A stretch of 64,000 bases of DNA, taken from NCBI GenBank assembly GCA_049724395.1, contig JAUGWO010000063.1, positions 62,001 to 126,000 of the forward strand, read 5' to 3'. Shown one piece after another: positions 52,601 to 64,000 of this stretch. The notes under the pieces were generated by a model. The model was not told the DNA's origin and ran no database searches. It worked only from the letters and a program-made list of their open reading frames with translations. Each line of letters starts with the position of its first letter. The stretch's first letter is position 1. This stretch comes from Spongospora subterranea f. sp. subterranea (Eukaryota). Made by a program: the position numbers and the translations under genes.

Positions 52601-55439
52601 TTTAGAAATCGCAGGGAGAGAAGTGATAATAGTTGAAAATGAGATAATTGGCTCAAAGCACGACAATAGACAAAACCATTTCAGGGAATTAAGGTTAATG
52701 GGCGCCTTAATTACCCCGGATCAGGCGAAACAGACATCAACGTAAGAGTGGAAGAGATAAGCCACAATACCGGTTGTGAGAATTGAGCGAGAGGACATTC
52801 GAGTGACGTACTGAAGGAGCTGCGATTTACCGGTCCCTGGAGACCCAACTAACAGCAGATGGCTCTAGAACCACATGCAACACAAAATTCAATGGCAACC
52901 GGGATATGAACAGGCATCGCAAAGATGGAGCGAAACCAAGTGCTGATCGAGTAGCACATTTGTCAAAGGATTGATGAAGAAAAAAACTAGCCAGAAACGT
53001 AACCGTTGATAAATAATCAAACGATTATGGAAATATTTGTAAATAACTATGATCCGACGTCAAAGAGCGTTGATGGGATCGTTAACATAAACAATGTTGG
53101 GCAAGAGCCTGGAGGGAAAGGAAATGGACAGCGGTGGCGTTGTTTCCGCCTGATTTACCTCGCCGCGTAGCTGCATCCCATCCCCGTGCTGGTAGTTCTT
53201 AGGACAGCCGCCAGTAATCGCCAACGCCAGCGCCAGCTTTACCATCGACAGCGCGTAGAGCTCCGGGCAGATCGACCCGACAATCAGGTTACGCGCAGAC
53301 AGGAACGCGTTGCGCTGAGCGTGATCCATCCAGAATTCACCTGATCACGAACAGAATTGCCGAAATTATGTATTTTTTTACAAAAACTAATACGTGTTCC
53401 ACGAACTCAACGAATTTTTTCTTCTGAATAAAAAAACAAACTGAGCCAATCTAGAAACAAAACTGTGAACGGTTTGGCAAAAGATATTGTTTGATGATAA
53501 TTGATGAAAAACGTTTGAGCAATACAGAATTCTTTCCGGAAGCAATGCGACTCTGATGGAGGAGTGGCGTTGCAGTCGACGTTGATGGCTTCGATGAACA
53601 ATCGAAGCTCGCAGGCCCGTTGCGGCTGTAAGCGGCCCCATTGGCTGCGTACGATTCCTGAGCAGCGCATGGAAATGAACGAGCAGACACAACTCATGAA
53701 GAATATAGAAACCGTCATTTTGAAGAACACCAACTAATCCGCGGGACAAACAAAAATATCGTAACGAGAAAGTATTTGCCAGATAAAGCGAGGTTGATGC
53801 AGTTCTGACTGGTACCTGTAATAATGGCGTCAGCCCCTGCCTGTATACAGTCCACAAGATCGTGCTGTAGGACTACACGAATAGATCGAGGAATCGACCC
53901 CATTGACAGATTTTTGACCTAAGAGCGCATTTAATCCTAAAGTGTTCATGAGCGGAGCCGGTTCAGTGCTGAAGTGATCTTATGAAGTTAACACTGGTCT
54001 GGAAGTGTTGCGAAAACATGGATACAAGTTCAAGAAACCTGTTGCCCAAGAACGAAACACAATGCCGTCAAGACTTTGAAATTGTGAGAAAACAACAACG
54101 TGAAAACAGCATGATAATCTGATCTGAATGTGCAATCCGACCTTCTCTTGAATTCGTATTTCTTGATAATCATGACATATTCTGGATCCTTCCAAGAACC
54201 TATAAAACACACCTACCGGTTTGAGACACCAAATCAAGAAGCTTTTCCCAGACTCTCTTCGGGTGTGATGATTTTGAAAGGAAACGCTATGAACTTTGTA
54301 CCTGAAACTTTTAGAGCGACAACGCTTTTTCAAAGTTGAGGTTGATGGACACGCTGTTGGGACCTCGATTGTTGATCCTGTTTCCAGCTCCGATCGGATC
54401 GTAAATTTGGCTCCGCACCCGTCGCATTCGTACTGACGTTCGCTCTCCAACATTCGCACCGCTCCGGTTCGAACAACGGTCCCGTGCAGGTCAACAAGAT
54501 GGCCATGATCATCGCTACGAATCTCTGTATTGGGGCAATCAACAGCGAGCACATCTAACCCGACCGAACAAAGACAAGTAAAACCACAAGGAAAAACTAC
54601 GACCATGGTGATAGCACACCGTCAACCGTTGGACTCAATTAATCAACAGAATTTGGTTGGAAGATTGACGAGTTTAGAACGATAATCGAACACACAGTGG
54701 GAAGCGACATCTTACTGACCAGAGACGCTACGACGAGTGGCAAAAGTATCCATTGGTAAGGAGAATGGGCGTAGATGGCAATTGCTTTTGACGGTGAGGT
54801 CGGGGTCGGGCGATTCCGTCTCCAAGATCTCCTGTTGGGCTTGGGCCAAACCACAATCGAATTGGCGCAACATCAACGTCGGGTCGCTCCAAAGACGATG
54901 CGCTAAATCCGCATTGAAATCTAAAAGCTGCAAATAACTGCAAAAAGTTAACTCCACGATTGTGTGAAACCAGAGGGCAGATACGTTCTATAAAAAGTTC
55001 GCCCAGGACAACAATTGTTTGAATATGGTCCAAATATTGAACGCGCGATCGAAGGGAGCATAAAATGAGCTATTGCCCACACCACACCGAATATAACAGG
55101 AATAATATTGAAAATTTAGTTTTTGCCAGTTTGTCTAACCTGGAACCACGGCGATGACATCAAGCGAAAACATCAAAGAAAAATGTCAAATGGAGCGTAA
55201 ATCGTTATCCAATGGCAATGATGAACGGGAGGACTCACGAAAACCACAGATCAGGAAAAAGCGGCTGAGGTAGGAACAAATATTTCATTGAAGAAAATAC
55301 GACAACAAATCACAGACTTGACGCGGATGGAATAATGCAATGACGGATCTGGAGAGCGCATCATGGCCAGGATGTCGGAGCGGGCATACTCTAACAGATA
55401 TTCCGTAACGCATGCCACGATGGCGCCATCGTCGCCCAT
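49674..55439 (-). CDS. MCM9: DNA helicase MCM9, many exons
   Basis: HYSIRV N-terminus; [102 protein letters not shown]. The 3' end is approximate. Confidence 0.9.
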
Positions 55440-57834
55440 GACCGGACACCCAGGCAGAATCCGCGCTTTACAGCAAATTCACGGGAGATCGCGTCAGGGC
55501 CCGTGGCTGAGCAAACAATGGGGAGCGGCGGCGTTTGATCGCGCGCACTTGGAACCGTGAAAACGACACGCTAAACCGTCGTGCTGTTATTCCTCAGATC
55601 TCAACAACACTGCTCTTCTGTCAGCCATCTGCCAGATCCTTCCTGATAGGGCATTTTTGTTCGAATCCATGGAGTTCTTATTTCCACCAATTCCCCATGG
55701 CCAAACTGTTCAGTCGTTGCCTGACGAAGATGATGCATTTTTTCAAGTCCGACAATAATGGAGATTTCTTCGTACTCGGTCTCGCTAGGATTTCAAGCCA
55801 AAATCCCATTCATCTCTGCCCAACTCCCCAAGGCGATGGGCAGACGATTGATGGAAGCCGTTGTTCCCAGCACCAAGCAAGATGGAAGAGGTTCACAGCC
55901 GGCTCAATTCAGTGCCGATACCACAGATCAGCTCCCGCTCCAACTTTTAACACATTGACTTGACCCCAACCCCGTTGATTTTGTCTCGCGCCGGTCTCGA
56001 CTTGATCACCACTCGACTGTGGTAATAAACTTCTCGTACCGGCTCTCACGTCCTGACTGCGTCCTAATTCCAGCGCCACTCCAAGAAAACCTACTGTCAA
56101 CTGGGTCGGCTTCGGCTCAAATTGTCAGCGTAATATGCCCATGCTTTTTCGGTGAAATTTTGCATCAGTCCTGAAGTTTCCCAGGTTCATTCTCAACGTC
56201 TGATGTATTACCATGATAGATCACTCAGTGTTATTCTTGACCTTCATCATCACATTGCATTTCAGTCCTCAACCCATGTCGTATCATCACGACCTGCGCC
56301 GTAACACCGACCTGAACTTCGCATCAAGTGGCAAACATGTTAGGTCTCGGATTTTGATTGGTTCCAAGCGACGTCTCGATCTTGATAAAACTACTGTCAG
56401 TCCCGCCCTGATGATTCTTTGTTGATTGATGACCTTTAATCAATTCGAAAGAAGTGAAGGAGACGACTAAGAGACGTGCATCACTTGTGCGTTACTTGTT
56501 TACGTTGCTCACGCGTCACACTGAACGTGCGTTACACTCCAGTCGCTCAACCACTGTGTGCTCTTGGAGTCGCAGTTTATGATACCTTCCACGATCTCTT
56601 CCTCTTATTTCTTTCAAACCTGTTCATTGTTTCAAGTGATTCCTTTACAGAATGTTGACGTTTGTGTGTTTTCAGATATCAGTCAAAAATGTCAAAATCT
56701 GGTTGATACGATTAGTTTCGCCAAATAACGGAATTGTAATGTGCAAAATCGACGCCTCATCCTTGGCTGACTTTCCAAATGTATTCGATTGACGTCTGTG
56801 CACTCAATTTCCACCATTGAGGTCTGCCGATTTGAGAAACTCGAATACTTCAGCAAACTCAGCCAGGATGTCCCCTCGACTTTACATTTTCAACTCCTTC
56901 TCGTATCATGATGAGGTCTCATCTATCCAGTCGAGTGCCAGCGGCGCTTCTATCTAGCGACTCCACTGCATTACTAGAACAATTACAACGGGTGGCAGGG
57001 TATGACCAGGATGCTTAGCAACATCAGGTGGCGTCGACATAATAGTTGCTATGGGATACTGCTGGGATCTCATATTGAATGTGAAACCAAATTTGAAACA
57101 GATAAAATTTGAAACCGTATTAAACACCGGTATTAATTTCTTGTCGAAACTATAGTGAAAACTTCACTATTTCCCGCGACGGCTGGTTGATTGAGATCAC
57201 AACAAATGTATTGGGGTCAAAATCTCTGGCGAAAGCAAGCATGGGAGGTCGACATTGTTTCGTGAGCACTCTGTTGAGCTCAGAATTCATAATATGTGCA
57301 TTGTATTATAAATTTTGAATTCAAAATTCGAACTAACAGAACATCTCGGTCTTTGAGGTGTTCATATACGGTATTACATCCTTTCGCGATCAATCTTGTC
57401 CCGGCGGCACTTTCGATAACCTAGCATTGATTGTCGTGATTCGCAAACTAACGATATGTCACTGCTACTGTCAAATGAGAATTCATAGCAGATCAGATCT
57501 CTATATCTGTCCAGAATTTTCGTATACCCGGAGCAAGAAATTCCGAAGGGTGAACATGAGGTCAAGGATCAAATTTATAATTTTTCAGAAAATAGAAGTT
57601 CTTCACCTTGGTACTTCCAGGGACACCAGTAGTACTGTATACTAGAAAAAACGAACAAAATTGTTAAACGGAAATATTACGAAAGGTTTGTAACATTCTA
57701 ACCCGCAAGCAACTTCATAAATTGAGGTCTTTGGCGTACTGGCGTATGCCTATGTACGGTGTGAACGAAAGGCACGTGCCCAACGAAACCGACATCGCGG
57801 CGGGGTTACACGACACATTCCCACACAGCCAACA

Positions 57835-58428
57835 ATGCAGCGATCACAGCCAACACCAATGCGAACCAACCCGGTTACATGTAGAGAAGGACTCTTGATC
57901 ACCTTGAGATTAGTCGGTACGTTACCTAACGAAACGAAGGTAACATGGCGTCACTGCTAATGTGTGTCGGCGGTTACAGGAGCGGTATCTGGGCTGATGT
58001 TGACTGGGGCTCCGGTCCTAGAACTGGTCCGTTACCAAGCCAGCGGGGACGGCAGTTTCAACGCTAGCGTGGTTGTGTTACTGGCGTGTATCCGGTTTCT
58101 AATCTACGGTATCGTCAGTCTGGTCGTGGAAGCGCGCATACGTTATCTGACGCGTTCAGCGCCGTTCCTGTCCAGCAATCAAGGTCGCGCCATATTCTAT
58201 CTCTGGGTAGCCTGCGACATACGGTCGACGGTTTGGACCCAACTCGCTTCAGATGAACAGGCGTTATGGATAGGATGGTGTCTTACGTTGCTCACTCTTG
58301 CAATGTCGTTGATGAATGTAATGGCAGCTATATTTTTGCCTGTCGCCGCAGCGTCAGAATCCGTCCCAGAAGCACCGGCACCCGTTGCTAACCCTAAGAA
58401 GATATTCGCACTGCAAGCCGCGGTTTAA
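57835..58428 (+). CDS. COPI-associated/Tvp15-like small multi-pass membrane protein
   Basis: Four hydrophobic segments; APFLSSNQGRAIFYLWV matches the FL...GR..FY family pattern. Confidence 0.6.
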
Positions 58429-58779
58429 TCATTTTATCTGACCTGATAAAGAATAAAATCTTGGGATTTAAGTCAATCAACCAGATGTTTATCCGAGAAT
58501 TCTCAGTTTCTGTTGGTTTCACGACACCTCAACTAACGACCGAGATGTCGTTTGAGTTCTTTCCATATTATTCGGTCATTTTTTAGGTTTCTGCCAATTT
58601 AGATATCTAGCGCAGTCTGGATGACCATATTTCACGAATCAAATCCGTTCCGGAATTTGGTCGGATTATTGAAACTTGATATGTTTCGACTAAGTCGCGC
58701 TGAACTTTTGTTTCTGGACGTTTGGCGTTGTGAACTAGATTAAATCTGTGTATAAGTCGTCATGTGATTTGATTACATG

Positions 58780-61502
58780 CTAGCATATTGTAGAGGAAAT
58801 AGAGCGTTGTGACGCCGTCCGAACAGACATATCTGCGATCTTTTTGGACAGTGACTCAAGTCCAATATATGTTCTATTCAGTTGACCCCGAACATTATTC
58901 ACTCTGGCGCAAATATCTCCACGTCCATTGCTGTTGATTACACTCACAAACGTTTGCAGTTCCTTTTCTGCAAAACTGGGTTCGGAATTCATTTGCCTCT
59001 TTGGCAATCTTTTGATATCTCGTGGCGATTCAGCACGCGATTTACTTGCAGAGTCTGAAGTTTCAGAAGTTTGTGTAGATGCGTGATGTATCTGCACAAA
59101 AGGGGCCGAATTGCCCTCAGTCCTGGACGGCGACATGCAGGTGCAACATGGTGGGTAGTTATCTTGCCTGGATGCCTCTTGACCAACCCAATTTGATGAA
59201 TCATGTGCCCGGTAAGCCTCTAACTCTGATCGCAACATGGCTAGCTCCGTCTCCTGTAGTAAATAAAGTTTCAGAATATCCTCTAACTTATTTTGAAAAA
59301 AAATGTTTTCCCGAAAAAAACGAAATATCCGGATCGCATTGTGAGATTTCAGAAATGTAATAGTTGACCTTAAGATGAAGTTGATGATTGAACTCCTTCT
59401 GACATATTTGCCGTTGTCGATAATCATCAACAGGAATCTGCTCAAAGCGGCCACTGTCTAAACTTGTACTCGTCATCTGTTCAACGCTCCGACCTCCATA
59501 ATCCGCTTCTAATGGGAGATCAACGTGTCCAGGAAACGCATTGAGCGAGTTGTCGGCTGCAAGACATCTGCCATTAACGCAGCACCCCGCAAAGTCGAAA
59601 TAATGCGTTTTGCCGCCAACGTTCAACGATTTTCCGAGATACAAATTGTCAAGCGGCTGCTGCGTTGTCTCCGAAGTGTAAATTTGACATTCAGGAGTGA
59701 TGCTTTTTGACGATTTTGAGTCAACGATTCCAGCAACATCGACGATATTGCCTGTAAAACTGATCGGAAAGATATGCTATTCAAATCGGGATCAATACCG
59801 TGGGGTCTCTGGGCTGTAATTCCACTTCCGCTTTGTTTGATCGCGTGAACCATGTTATCGTGTTTGGAGCAGTCGTTAGACGACGGAATATGGCCGGCAT
59901 CATCTTTGCCAAGGATTCTATCGACCGAACGGCTTGACTTTAGCGCACTGTTGAACAGATTTCCCAGACAAGGGTAGCAGATCCACATTGTTCACAGTAT
60001 CTGCCAGTTGAGAGCAATACTGTAATGTGGCAAGAGTTGAGTTCAACGTGCTATGCCCCCCCTGGACGCTGCAAAACACGACCGCGCATCCTTCGGGTGA
60101 TAGACTACACATAATCGGGTTAGACCAGGTCGTAAGTACTAGCAGCGATTTGCATACGAATCTCTTAACAGATGTGTGAGCTTTGAAGCCCGGTGCCCAA
60201 TATACCGATGCCCACGTTGAAGGTCGCGCATCGCCAGTGAGAGCATGCTGAAATCTAAAGCTAAACGGCGATCGACCGGGACATCCTCCCTATGAATTGC
60301 AGTCGATGCGAAATTGGCGGTATCGACAAAGTGGACAACTGATATAGCACTAGACACGCTATGATCTAAACTAACCAACATTGCACTCAGTTTTTGTTTG
60401 CGGCATTCCGGAACATTCACACGAATAAAACAAATGACCATAACAAACAAGTTGATATGGAATGTTCAACTGAGGAGGGGAATAGCAAATCAAAATTTTG
60501 TGATTTCGTTTTAAAATCTGAGCAAACACATGGATGCGCTGCACCGTCAGCAAAAAGCATACCGCTCCTGATTTTGAGAGATAAAAAATGTTCTGTTCCA
60601 ACCTATGCTGTATGATATATGCTGATAGGACAACATGATCTGTACTAGGCCTCTTTCTCGGCCAGCGCTCCAAAACGTTGGCCAAATCATGCAGATCTGA
60701 CACCGATTTGCGCTCAGCTCCCTGAACCACGGTTCCCTCTTTGTCCGGTTGAGCAGTGATTGGCGATGGCGATCAAATATGCGTTACCGGTTTCGTTCTC
60801 AACAATCACCAGTCTGGAGACAGCACTGTCCACCAACAAGTCACTTATTTGGCTGTAGCGTAATCTCACTAGCGAAACATTCAGAGAATAGTGTTGTCCG
60901 TCATTACGCTTCTTGTGAATTTCTGTCGTTACACAGAAGGTCAATCATCAGCAACGTGATATTGATGGACATCGCATCACCTTCGAGGATACCCTCAAGA
61001 CAGCGGACAGCTTGACCACGACGGTCACCGATTCCATGACCAATCAACAAGTTCCGATTCCCAGTACCGATTGCGACCATCGCCAAATTGATACCCTGTT
61101 GACGGCTATCCTGGGTGAAAGAGATAGAGGAAAAACACACACTTTAAAAGACATAACGAACAATGGAACTATCTAAAATACTTTTTCTGACTAATCAAAA
61201 TGCTGGTTGACCAGAGTTGCATTTAATAAACGTTTTGCTGAACCAACCTGTAACATTCGTGGAGAAAATTTTTCCAACGACTTCTGGAAAATCTCAGCCG
61301 GAGGACATAGCGGCTCGAACGTGCTTTCAAAAAACCCGAAGTGATGATTTACATCCGGTCCCAATGCTGGATAAAAAGCTCGCAATCGCGCTGAGCGGGA
61401 AACGATGATGCTACGTCCAGATATTTGAACATTAAATGCCCGCCGATTCGAGCCTTCTTTGCGCTCCTCGTGAATGACATGGGCAAAACACTGCACTTGC
61501 AT
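58780..61502 (-). CDS. Divergent kinesin motor-domain protein (ATPase motifs lost) with a coiled-coil tail, multi-exon
   Basis: GINLAMVAIG, VSLVRLRYSQISDLL, VQGAERKSV, VHFVDTA, GHRASKLTHLLRDS and STLATLQYC occur in kinesin order. Confidence 0.75.
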
Positions 61503-61799
61503 TCAAAGCACACTCTTTGAAAAACGGCTGGCTCGATTTCAACTTAGGATCGCGACTGCGTACCATTGCTAATCGAACGGTAAGGAGAAAAGAACCGCCT
61601 CTGTAGAATTTTACAACAAAACCTTGCCGTTGGGAGAGATGAGATTGTTGGATGAGTCTTTATTGAAAAACCCTGCAGCGTTTAGGCAGGTCGCATCGTG
61701 TTTGAGCGTGGCGCAAAACGTCACAGTCCCGGTACGCTCTGCGGTTGAAAGGATTCGACACGCAGGTTGAGGCGGGATCCAGGAGAGATATTGCTGCTA

Positions 61800-64000
61800 A
61801 GACAAGTCACATTGTGTCAACGAACACGCCGTGATAATGCAGAATAGAGGAGTTCCACATGTGAAGTCCCCTGATGACTCGACAAGCTTTAAACTCCCCT
61901 CCAATTGGTTACTAGAGAGAAAGACAATTAAAAACTGGTTTGTTCTCCAGAAACCTACTCCTCGACGCAAAATTGGAAAAAGCAAGGCAGAATAAAATAT
62001 ATTAATATGTACAAACAATATCACATTCAGATAAAAATATGGGATGACAAATGCTATGAATCCGAAGATCGCCGTCGCCTTCGTTGAGAGGCCGCTTCCC
62101 TCTCTGCACGGCGACGCTCAATACGGGCGACTAGCGATTTATTTGCCATGAACTGTTCGCGCAAAGAGCCAGATGAACTCGAAGGCTGAGTGACTGTCAT
62201 TTCACTGGAATCATCATCAACTTCCTGAGGAAGTAGTAGCGCATCAGCCATTGTCATTGCTTGAAGACTTACATCATCATGTTTCTCGTCTTCAGAAAGA
62301 TTGCCTGATACCGGCTCCCTGAGTTGATCGGAAGATTTCATTCGATCAAGTTCGGCGCGTGATGTATGCAGAAAAGCCAACGTATCGTCCAATGTCTGCT
62401 TAAACTGCGATGATAATTCATCAGTATCGACTCCCAAAAGTGCTGACAGCTGGTTGGCCGATAAATCATCGCCCGACTCCTGGTTCAATTGGAAATCGAC
62501 GACGGAACCTTCTGAGCGCATTGCCAGCAGCTGCGGTGTCGTCGGAATATTGCTGCGCAGCAGATCTTCGGCACGGCGATCAAGTTCATTCAAATCTTCG
62601 GCGGAAAAATCCAAATTCGCTAATGCAAGAGCACGGGCTGCATCTTGGTTGTTAAGTTCCTCAAAATCAACCGATTGAGGTTCATGGGATTGGTGATGCG
62701 ATGAAAGCGAAACAGAATCTTCAAGTGAGGCTGTGGAAGACGAATGAGAAAGCTCGCGAGCGATTAAATCTTCATCCTTCACCCCTGATTCCGGCGTAGA
62801 CGGTGAACTCAGATGAACGTGCGTAGCTTCTGGTGTATCCATTGGAAGTCGATCTGGAGTAGTCACTGGTGGCGCTAAATGCGAGAGCGATGCAGTGGAT
62901 AAGGGGGTGAAATGTTCGGACACTTCTTTGGAAGATGGAGCGACTTGTGGCTCCAAACGGCCTGAAGTGGGCGGTGAATACGCCTCAGAAGCGGAGGCGA
63001 CAACTTGATCTTTAAGTAAATGCGGAGAAGAAGCAACAGGCATGTCAAAGCGAACAGGAGAAGAAGCAACAGGAATGTCAAAGCGAACAGATGGTAGTTT
63101 TGGGGGCGGTGCCGTTTCATGACGAATACGGTCCAGACTCTGTGAGACTACCTCAATCTCCGCTGTTTCATCAACAACGGCGTCATCCTGAAGGATGCTT
63201 TGAACGAAGCAAGTTGGAATAATGGCTGCGTTGTTATCAAAGGGCAACGATAATCGATCTGTAAGGTCGTCCGGAGATAATGATAGCTTGACAACAGAGC
63301 GGATTCTGGGTCTGGCTCGACTGCGTCGCATACGAGCATCAGCCTCAGAACGAACCAAACGGACCTCTTCCTCTCGATTGAAATCTTTGAGGGCAGGGAA
63401 AGCGGCCTCAAACTCATTCTAATTTCATCAGTGTTAGTAAAGCTTCTGCAAAAGTATAGTTATGACAGAGACCTTGAGCCGATCACGAAGATACTTTTTC
63501 TTATCGGCCAACCCACGAACTGAAGCTAGACGAAGCTTTTGGGTTCGATCATCAACGACTGCTTGGCGTAATGGGCCGCGCATTGCGCGCGATATACGAA
63601 CCGCTTCCACTTGTTTTTCAGCAATTAGCCCTCGGGACATCGATTTTCGTTGGCGCTGTTGCTTCATCATCTGCAAATGAATTGCTAAGTCATCCAGAGT
63701 AACTGGTTACTAAAAGTAAGGACCTGTTCCTCCTCAAGTCGAGAAGCTCGTCGCTGCTCCTCTATTCTCGCCAAGTCAATTGCGTTCTGTTGAGTCGCTC
63801 CGGCGTGAACCCTTGTTACTCTGTAATCCACAGGTGCAACAGCCCTAGGGGATCAAACGATGTCATAAACAGTCAACGCAAGAAAACTATGTGAAAATAC
63901 AATAGCACGTGAGAAAAATGGGCAGTTAAGAAAAAATTGAGATTAAGGAAGAAAAGAAATGAAACATACGCTGAACGATGCAAAGAATCAAATGGATGGC
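61800..64000 (-). CDS. Hypothetical large coiled-coil/low-complexity protein, 5' part outside the window
   Basis: 434-aa open exon at 62054-63358 plus upstream exons (about 63470-63675 and 63720-63820); includes a 33-bp tandem duplication (VRFD[IM]PVASSP). Confidence 0.6.

Noticed and set aside
55535..57650. Short ORFs upstream of MCM9
   Set aside because: No recognisable motifs or coherent splice chain; may be a decayed gene.

Overview
A compact, intron-rich eukaryotic genome segment with short GT-AG introns and short intergenic spacers; the ORF track mostly shows exon fragments or shadow frames. A protist such as a plasmodiophorid is plausible, but this is inference only. Recognisable genes: an F-box-like/ankyrin protein, a CTL/PNS1 choline-transporter-like protein, an SMP-30/gluconolactonase, a class B DnaJ, an Hsp20, tRNA-Leu(UAA), an SDR, RagA/Gtr1, a YbaK/ProX-like protein, an A1 aspartic protease, Tim9, a MORN protein, a SUN protein, Ctf8, MCM9, a COPI-associated membrane protein and a degenerate kinesin. 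An accessory island at about 12.7-21.3 kb holds a decayed REase+kinase (Crinkler-like) gene and nested pogo and MULE transposon relics next to the tRNA. The most unusual observations are: (1) three long imperfect fold-back inverted repeats (35.3, 36.3 and 43.7 kb), at least one built from two diverged protein-coding paralogues, which could be hairpin-RNA/siRNA sources; (2) strong block-wise over-representation of the palindrome CGATCG, the core of cyanobacterial HIP1; (3) a forward-reverse-forward 50-bp repeat; (4) a kinesin lacking all ATPase motifs. Exon boundaries were read by eye and are approximate.
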